Position numbers and translations under genes: made by a program. From the human T2T-CHM13v2.0 reference genome, Homo sapiens, in the NCBI RefSeq assembly GCF_009914755.1, contig NC_060935.1: DNA of 64,000 nucleotides; one strand, written 5' to 3'. Under the pieces are notes generated by a model that had not been told where the DNA came from, did not search any database, and was given only the letters and a program-made list of their open reading frames with translations. Numbering within the stretch: position 1 is the first letter of the stretch; each line of letters opens with the position of its first letter. This document shows, in pieces, positions 56,448-64,000 of the stretch.

Positions 56448-57283
56448 GTAAGGCCCCACATCGCCCTCAGCCCCTTCCTCAGTGTCCCCTGGGGGCTCAG
56501 TGTTGTGTGCACACACACCCTCTGACACTCCGGGCACACACATGCACAGATACACGGATGCAGCTGCCCTCCCTCCTAGCACAGCACACACGTGCACACA
56601 CGCGATCCCGCAACGCCGGCCTGTCTCAGGAGTGCAGGCAGGGAGCAAATCGCCCATTGGGCCCCTTGCTCTGTGTGGCTGCTCTGGGTGGCGACCCCTG
56701 ACTGCACGCCCTCTCCTGAAATGACAGACCTGCCTCCTTCTTGGTCTTTGAGTCTCTGCCACCAGGCAGTGGCCTTGCAAATGTGACCTGCACCAGCCAA
56801 GGCCCCACTCCCTGCCTCCTCCTGCCAGGCCCATGAAGCCCCATACAAGCCCCGAGTACAGGGTGTCCCTCTGTGGGGAACTGAGTCTGCCTGGGTGTCC
56901 AGCAGCCCTTGGCAAGGCAGGCTCAGTGCTGGGTTGGCTGGGTTCTGTGGACTGGGAGGTGTTCAGGCTCCAGCCAGCCTGGCAGGAGGAGACCAGGGTC
57001 CTGGGTCAGTTGAGGCCTCAGCCGGCGGCACCCTGTGGCCCGGACACCAACCTCCTGGGCTGTTTCTCCCCATCATTCCAGACCCCCTGAGGGTCCCAGC
57101 AGCATGCATGGGGTGGCCAAGCGGGTGCAGTCAGGACAACTCAGGCATCCAGATGGGGCAGGAGCCACCGATGGCCCTTCTAACCCCACCCCAGGGACCC
57201 GGCCCTGGGGGCTCTGCTGCTCGGGTGCTGGGCTGACGGGTACCGGGACCTGCAGGCAGACCCCGCCTCTGTGCTTGCCGCAG

Positions 57284-57393
57284 ACACCAAGCTGACACCC
57301 ATGGAATTCGGGAACCTGCAGAAGATGGACGACCCCACGGAGCAGTGTCAGGACCCTGTCCCTGAACCCCCGAGGAACTGCTCCACTGGCTTT
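57284..57393 (+). CDS. MUC5AC: MUC5AC exon 7 (TKLTPMEFGNLQKMDDP...CSTGF)
   Basis: gccgcAG and GTAAGC. Confidence 0.94.
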
Positions 57394-57507
57394 GTAAGCC
57401 TTGGAGGGAACAGAGGGCCCAGCAGGTTGAGCAGGAGGGGTTGTGAGCCTGGGAACCGGTCCAGATCCCCCACCGAGGACTCAGACGGGCTGTGGCCTTT
57501 GTCCTAG

Positions 57508-57721
57508 GGCATCTGTGAGGAGCTCCTGCACGGCCAGCTGTTCTCTGGCTGCGTGGCCCTGGTGGACGTCGGCAGCTACCTGGAGGCTTGCAGGCAAGAC
57601 CTCTGCTTCTGTGAAGACACCGACCTGCTCAGCTGCGTCTGCCACACCCTTGCCGAGTACTCCCGGCAGTGCACCCATGCAGGGGGGTTGCCCCAGGACT
57701 GGCGGGGCCCTGACTTCTGCC
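57508..57721 (+). CDS. MUC5AC: MUC5AC exon 8, C8 domain (GICEELLHG...WRGPDFC)
   Basis: gtcctAG and GTGAGT; EYSRQC..WR motif. Confidence 0.95.
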
Positions 57722-57808
57722 GTGAGTGTCCCAGCCCCCTGTCCCCCAACCCCTTTGGCAGGGAGGGCAGGGGCAGGCAGACGTGAGCCCTCTCTCTGCC
57801 TCCCGCAG

Positions 57809-57934
57809 CCCAGAAGTGCCCCAACAACATGCAGTACCACGAGTGCCGCTCCCCCTGCGCAGACACCTGCTCCAACCAGGAGCACTCCCGGGCCTGTGAG
57901 GACCACTGTGTGGCCGGCTGCTTCTGCCCTGAGG
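57809..57934 (+). CDS. MUC5AC: MUC5AC exon 9, TIL domain (QKCPNNMQYHEC...GCFCPE)
   Basis: TIL cysteine spacing; AG/GT boundaries. Confidence 0.95.
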
Positions 57935-58034
57935 GTGAGGCTCCCCCGCCCCTGGGAAACACAGGTGCACCCCGACAACTAGGGGGCTGTGCTCCCATGG
58001 CCAAGCCTCGGAAGAAGGACCCCAGTCCTAGTGT

Positions 58035-58612
58035 CCCGGGCCCCTGAGGCTGACTGAGGCCCCTGTCCTGGGCCGCTGAGGCTGGCTGAGGATCCTGTCC
58101 TGGGCCCCCTGAGGCTGGCTGAGGCCCCTCTCCTGGGCCCCTAAGGCTGGTTGAGAATCCTGTCCTGAGCCTCCTGAGGCTGGCTGATGCCCCTGTCCCG
58201 GGCCCCTGAGGCTGGCTGAGGCCCCTGTCCTGGGCCCCTGAGGCTGGCTGAGGATCCTGTCCTGGGCCCCCTGAGGCTGGCTGATGCCCCTGTCCCGGGC
58301 CCCTGAGGCTGGCTGAGGATCCTGTCCTGAGCCCCCTGAGGCTGGCTGATGCCCCTGTCCCGGGCCCCTGAGGCTGGCTGAGGCCCCTGTCCCGGGCCCC
58401 TGAGGCTGGCTGAGGATCCTGTCCTGGGCCCCCTGAGGCTGGCTGAGGCCCCTGTCCTGGGCCCCTGAGGCTGGCTGAGGCCCCTGTCCTGGCCCCCTGA
58501 GGCTGGCTGAGGCCCCTGTCCCGGGCCCCTGAGGCTGGCTGATGCCCCTGTCCCGGGCCCCTGAGGCTGGCTGAGGCCCCCGTCCTGGGCCCCTGGAGCT
58601 GGCTGAGGCCCC
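58035..58612. repeat. MUC5AC intron 9 VNTR, 32-33-bp unit GGGCCCCTGAGGCTGGCTGAGGCCCCTGTCCY, about 17 copies
   Basis: Seen directly. Confidence 0.95.
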
Positions 58613-58703
58613 AGCTCGCTGTGGGGCCGCCATGTTGTTCCCCTGCAACGCCCACTGCGTGGACACAGCAGGCGCCCGTCATAGGCCTGCCTGACCCCTG
58701 CAG

Positions 58704-58821
58704 GGACGGTGCTTGACGACATCGGCCAGACCGGCTGTGTCCCTGTGTCAAAGTGTGCCTGCGTCTACAACGGGGCTGCCTATGCCCCAGGGGCCACCTA
58801 CTCCACAGACTGCACCAACTG
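58704..58821 (+). CDS. MUC5AC: MUC5AC exon 10 (GTVLDDIGQTGCVPVSKCAC...TDCTN)
   Basis: cctgcAG and GTAGGT; phase-consistent. Confidence 0.94.
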
Positions 58822-59022
58822 GTAGGTCCCAGCCCCCCTCCAGGCCCCCAGGATGTGCTATGGGACAGACCTGCTGGGGGTTGCAACCCAGGCCGGCAGG
58901 CTCCCTCGTCTGGGCTACGGTGTAGGCAGGCCTGGGGTGAGACCCGGTCAGCCTCCTGACGCGGAGGCTGGAGGCTGGTCTCCTGGGGCCGGCACCCACG
59001 TGGCACCATCTCTTGCTCTCAG

Positions 59023-59161
59023 CACCTGCTCCGGAGGCCGGTGGAGCTGCCAGGAGGTTCCATGCCCGGGTACCTGCTCTGTGCTTGGAGGTGCCCACTT
59101 CTCAACGTTTGACGGGAAGCAATACACGGTGCACGGCGACTGCAGCTATGTGCTGACCAAG
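59023..59161 (+). CDS. MUC5AC: MUC5AC exon 11, start of VWD2 (TCSGGRWSC...HFSTFDG...YVLTK)
   Basis: ctctcAG and GTACGG; TFDG motif. Confidence 0.95.
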
Positions 59162-59489
59162 GTACGGCCTGGCTGCCTGGGGTGCTCGCCGGACAGAGGG
59201 GGCCCATGGCCAGCCTCCCACAGGCTCCCCCAGCTTGGCTGCATGTCACTGCTGCCCCTGGGGTCACCCTTGGGGGTCCCCGATGTTGAGACCTCAAGGA
59301 AGCACTCCAGCTCCCCAGCGCTAGTCCTCACAGGGCCATGAAGGCTGCAGATCAGAGCCTCCAGCACCCACCCAGCATTGGGCCTCACCCAGCACTGGGC
59401 CCTCTGCACCTTGGGCTGTTTATTTAACAGACTTTACTCTTGAGAATAGTTTTAGGTTAACAAGGAAATTGAGCACAAAGTACTCCTGC

Positions 59490-60625
59490 CCCAACACACA
59501 GTGTCCCCACGATGAGACCCTGCACCAAACACACAGTCTCTCCCAGAGGAGACCCTGCACCCAACACACAGTCTCCCTATGGTGAGACCCTGCACCCAAC
59601 ACACAGTCTCCCCAAGATGAGACCCTGCACCCAACACACAGTCTCCCTATGGTGAGACCCTGCACCCAACATACAGTCTCTGCACGATGAGACCCTGCAC
59701 CCAACACACAGTCTCCCACGATGAGACCCTGCACCCAACACACAGTCTCCCTATGGTGAGACCCTGCACCCGACACACAGTCTCTCCACAATGAGACCCT
59801 GCACCCGACACACAGTCTCTGCACGATGAGAGCCTGCACCCAACACACAGTCTCCCACGATGAGACCCTACACCCAACACACAGTCTCTCCACGATGAGA
59901 CCCTGCACCCAACACACAGTCTCTCCACGATGAGACCCTGCACCCAACACACAGTCTCCCCAAGATGAGACCCTGCACCCGACACACAGTCTCTGCACGA
60001 TGAGACCCTGCACCCAACACACAGTCTCCCCAAGATGAGACCCTGCACCCAACACACAGTCTCCCCAAGATGAGACCCTGCACCCGACACACAGTCTCTG
60101 CACGATGAGACCCTGCACCCAACACACAGTCTCCCCAAGATGAGACCCTGCACCCAACACACAGTCTCCCCAAGATGAGACCCTGCACCCAACACACAGT
60201 CTCCCACGATGAGACCCTGCACCCAACACACAGTTTCTCCACGATGAGACCCTGCACCCAACACACAGTCTCCCCAAGATGAGACCCTGCACCCGACACA
60301 CAGTCTCCCCAAGATGAGACCCTGCACCCAACACACAGTCTCCCACGATGAGACCCTGCACCCAACACACAGTCTCCCTATGGTGAGACCCTGCACCCAA
60401 CACACAGTCTCTGCACGATGAGACCCTGCACCCAACACACAGTCTCCCCAAGATGAGACCCTGCACCCAACACACAGTCTCTCCCAGATGAGACTCTGCA
60501 CCCAACACAGTCTCCCCAAGATGAGACCTTGCACTCAACACATAGTCTCCCCCGATGAGACCCTGCACCCAACACACAGTCTCCCACAATGAGACCCTGC
60601 ACCCAATACACAGTTTCCCTATGAT
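59490..60625. repeat. MUC5AC intron 11 VNTR, ~35-bp unit GATGAGACCCTGCACCCAACACACAGTCTCCCCAA, about 32 copies, inside an antisense L1MC-like remnant (about 59420-60950)
   Basis: Units seen directly; left flank AGACTTTACTCTTGAGAATAGTTTTAGGTTAACAAGGAAATTGAGCACAAAGTAC resembles an L1MC 3' end. Confidence 0.93.
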
Positions 60626-61102
60626 GATACCCTGCGCTGGGGTGGAGGCTGCACTGGTACCCTCACCTCCCAGGTCATGGTTGACATCAGCGACCCTCGT
60701 GGTGGTGAAATTCCACGTTTAAGACAGATGTGCAGTGTCTTGTTCCTGCCAGGAAGTTTCACGCAGACAGCTCCACTGCCCTGAAACCCCTTGGAGCTCC
60801 TCACCCCTCTCTCGCCCAGCCCCTGGCAGCTGCTGGCATTTGCACCTTCTGAGTGCTGTCTTTCCCAGAGGGTCCTATAGTTGGCGTTGCAGAGTGTGGC
60901 CTCCTCAGGGTGCATGCAGATTTCTGTGTGTGCCTGGGTGTCCACACCTGGGGGCCTCCTAGCACACCTCCCTCTCGGGGACTGGGATGGTGGAGTGGGG
61001 TTTTCTAGTGAGGGAGAGGAGCACAGCCGGGTGGACTGGCAGGGCCAGGTGGGCTGGGCGTTGGATGGAGTGTGAGGACCCCTGGTGTGTCGTGTTCCGC
61101 AG

Positions 61103-61213
61103 CCCTGTGACAGCAGTGCCTTCACTGTACTGGCTGAGCTGCGCAGGTGCGGGCTGACGGACAGCGAGACCTGCCTGAAGAGCGTGACACTGAGCCTGGA
61201 TGGGGCGCAGACG
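61103..61213 (+). CDS. MUC5AC: MUC5AC exon 12 (PCDSSAFTVLAELRRCG...DGAQT)
   Basis: ttccgcAG and GTGAGT; 111 nt. Confidence 0.95.
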
Positions 61214-61708
61214 GTGAGTGGAGCCTGGCAGGGCAAACCCCGGGAAGAGGGAAGGGGCCTGTCTCTTCTGCAAGTCACCTCTGCCCAAGCCCTTCATCCC
61301 TGGCATGAACAGCGAGAGGCGGGGACCCTCTGGCAACACTGGCTGTGTCCATTACTTATGGGTCCACGTGACTGTCCCTAAAGGGAGAAGCTCAGGGCCG
61401 GGCCTCCCGGGCCGCCATACCTGACCCAAGGGGCCCCAGGAAGGAGGGACTGGGCGCACCTGCGGCCAGCATGGCTTCTCCACTGAAGTCAATTTATGTT
61501 TAGTTAATAACCTTGGTTTTCACTGAAGAATGAAAGGCATGGTCCTCGCAGAAAATTCAGAAAATCAGGCGAGCACAAGGCCACCTTGTAGGAGCCGCAG
61601 CTGGAGGGAAAGGCCTCCCAGGCACCTGCAGGCACATTTCACAGCCTCCGCGGGGCTGAGGTGCCGCAAGCCTGCCCCGCGCTCACACATCTGTCTGGCT
61701 GCCCTCAG

Positions 61709-61778
61709 GTGGTGGTGATCAAGGCCAGTGGGGAAGTGTTCCTGAACCAGATCTACACCCAGCTGCCCATCTCTGCAG
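61709..61778 (+). CDS. MUC5AC: MUC5AC exon 13 (VVVIKASGEVFLNQIYTQLPISA)
   Basis: ccctcAG and GTGAGG. Confidence 0.95.
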
Positions 61779-61867
61779 GTGAGGGCAGTGGCTTCTTCCC
61801 CACCCCGGGGCTGCCTGGGGTCCCGCCCCACAGCCCCCAGCAAAACCCTTGTCCTTTGTGTCCCCAG

Positions 61868-62005
61868 CCAACGTCACCATCTTCAGACCCTCAACCTTCT
61901 TCATCATCGCCCAGACCAGCCTGGGCCTGCAGCTGAACCTGCAGCTGGTGCCCACCATGCAGCTGTTCATGCAGCTGGCGCCCAAGCTCCGTGGGCAGAC
62001 CTGCG
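61868..62005 (+). CDS. MUC5AC: MUC5AC exon 14 (NVTIFRPSTFF...LRGQTC)
   Basis: tccccAG and GTAAGA. Confidence 0.95.
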
Positions 62006-62087
62006 GTAAGAGGGCTGCCTTCTGGGCTTGGAGCCCACCCACTCTGGCCAGGGCGCATGGTCCTCAACCTGCCTAACCCGCCCCCAG

Positions 62088-62252
62088 GTCTCTGTGGGAA
62101 CTTCAACAGCATCCAGGCCGATGACTTCCGGACCCTCAGTGGGGTGGTGGAGGCCACCGCTGCGGCCTTCTTCAACACCTTCAAGACCCAGGCCGCCTGC
62201 CCCAACATCAGGAACAGCTTCGAGGACCCCTGCTCTCTGAGCGTGGAGAATG
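62088..62252 (+). CDS. MUC5AC: MUC5AC exon 15 (GLCGNFNSIQADDF...DPCSLSVEN)
   Basis: CGLCGNFN completed across the junction; cccccAG and GTACGG. Confidence 0.95.
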
Positions 62253-62546
62253 GTACGGGTGTCCACGGCTCGCCTCTGTGCTGGCCGCCTGGCGCTGGTT
62301 CACCCGCTTCCATTTGGCACTGCAGGCAGCGAGGCTGGCCCTGCGTGTGCCTGTGAGCCGGGTGGGGTGGCTTACGAAGGGGCCCAAGGACAGGCTCATG
62401 GTGGGCGCCCACCCCAGCTTATGTGGAGCTTCAGGAATGTGGGGCATCTGCTTCAGGGTCAAAGAAAGGGTACAAGTCTCTGTTGGTCAACATCCGCCCT
62501 GACCGCCTACCCCTGCACAGGGTGGAGTGGTGGGGACGTGGGGAAT

Positions 62547-64000
62547 GGATTCACCCACTCACCCACCCGTTCACCCATTCACTCACTCACCCACTCACCC
62601 ACTCACCCACCTCACTCGCCGACTCAACCATTCACTCACCCATTCGCCCACTCACCTCACTCACTCACCCACTCACTCACTCACCTCACTCACTCACCCA
62701 CTCACTCACTCACCTCACTCACTCACCCATTCACCCATTCACTCACTCACCCACTCACCCACTCACCCACCTCACTCGCCGACTCAACCATTCACTCACC
62801 CATTCGCCCACTCACTCACCTCACTCACTCACCCACTCACTCACTCACCTCACTCACTCACCCATTCACCCATTCACTCACTCACCCACTCACCCACTCA
62901 CTCACCCATTCACCCATTCACCCACTCACTCACCTCACTCACTGACTCAACTATTCACTCACCCATTCGCTCACTCACTCACCTCACTCACTCGCCCACT
63001 CACCCACTCACGCTTTCACCCACTCACCTACTCACTCACCCACTCACCCATTCACCCACTCACTCACCCACTCACCGACTCACCCATTCACCCACTCACC
63101 CACTCACTCACCCACTCACCGACTCAACCATTCACTCACCCATTCACCCATTCACTCACTCGCCCACTCACCCACTCACCCATTCACCCACTCACCTACT
63201 CACTCACCCACTCACCCATTCACCCATTCACCCACTCACTCACCCACTCACCGACTCAACCATTCACTCACCCATTGCCCACTCACTCACCTCACTCACT
63301 CACCCACTCACTCACTCACCTCACTCACTCACCCACTCACCCATTCACCCATTCACTCACTCACCCACTCACCCATTCACCCATTCACTCACTCACCCAC
63401 TCACCCATTCACCCATTCACTCACTCACCCACTCACCCATTCACCCATTCACTCACTCACCCACTCACCCATTCACCCATTCACTCACTCACCCACTCAC
63501 CCACTCACTCACCCATTCACCCATTCACCCACTCACTCACCTCACTCACTGACTCAACCATTCACTCACCCATTTGCCCACTCACTCACCTCACTCACGC
63601 GCCCACTCACCCACTCACCCATTCACCCACTCACCTACTCACCCACTCACCCATTCACCCATTCACCCACTCACTCACCCACTCACCGACTCACCCATTC
63701 ACCCACTCACCCACTCACTCACCCACTCACCGACTCAACCATTCACTCACCCATTCACCCATTCACTCACTCGCCCACTCACCCACTCACCCACTCACCC
63801 ACTCACCTACTCACTCACTCACTCACCCATTCACCCACTCACCTACTCACTCACCCACTCACCCATTCACCCATTCACCCACTCACTCACCCACTCACCA
63901 ACTCACCCATTCACCCACTCACCCACTCACTCACCCACTCACTGACTCAACCATTCACTCACCCATTCACCCATTCACTCACTCGCCCACTCACCCACTC
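62547..64000. repeat. MUC5AC intron 15 (CACT/CACC/CATT)n complex repeat, runs past the window end
   Basis: Seen directly; a 160-bp block repeats at about 62608 and 62768. Confidence 0.95.

Noticed and set aside
57576-60589. 477-aa and 389-aa antisense ORFs
   Set aside because: They span the intron 9 and intron 11 VNTRs antisense to MUC5AC and are open because of repeat periodicity
59490-60625. Regular ~35-bp repeats resembling a CRISPR array
   Set aside because: Head-to-tail units with no unique spacers, no cas genes, human intron

Overview
Human genomic DNA from the 11p15.5 gel-forming mucin cluster. Everything genic is on the + strand. Positions 631-4060 hold the last nine exons of MUC2 (VWC-like domains, C-terminal cystine knot, stop at 3898-3900, AATAAA at 4033). 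About 47 kb of intergenic DNA follows: GC-rich unique sequence, several VNTRs and microsatellites, about 15 Alu/FLAM elements, MLT1 LTRs, a large AT-rich block of old L1 with a nested Tigger2/MER2 (about 26-41 kb), and a 5'-truncated L1PA with target-site duplications (TSDs). The window ends with the MUC5AC upstream region, promoter and exons 1-15 (signal peptide, VWD1-C8-TIL, VWD2), with large VNTRs in introns 1, 9, 11 and 15. Exon boundaries were read from GT/AG sites and checked for phase continuity. Long ORFs in the track outside these exons are repeat or GC artefacts. I found no new protein-coding system. The most interesting structures are: (1) an 85-bp tandem duplication that copies a MUC2 splice acceptor, whose use would create a stop exactly at the next junction; (2) a duplicated MUC5AC promoter module with an internal ~190-bp inversion; (3) tandem repeats that carry dense arrays of transcription-factor motifs (AP-1, forkhead/octamer-like, TEAD-like). 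Repeat subfamily calls and statements about reference proteins come from memory, not from a database search.
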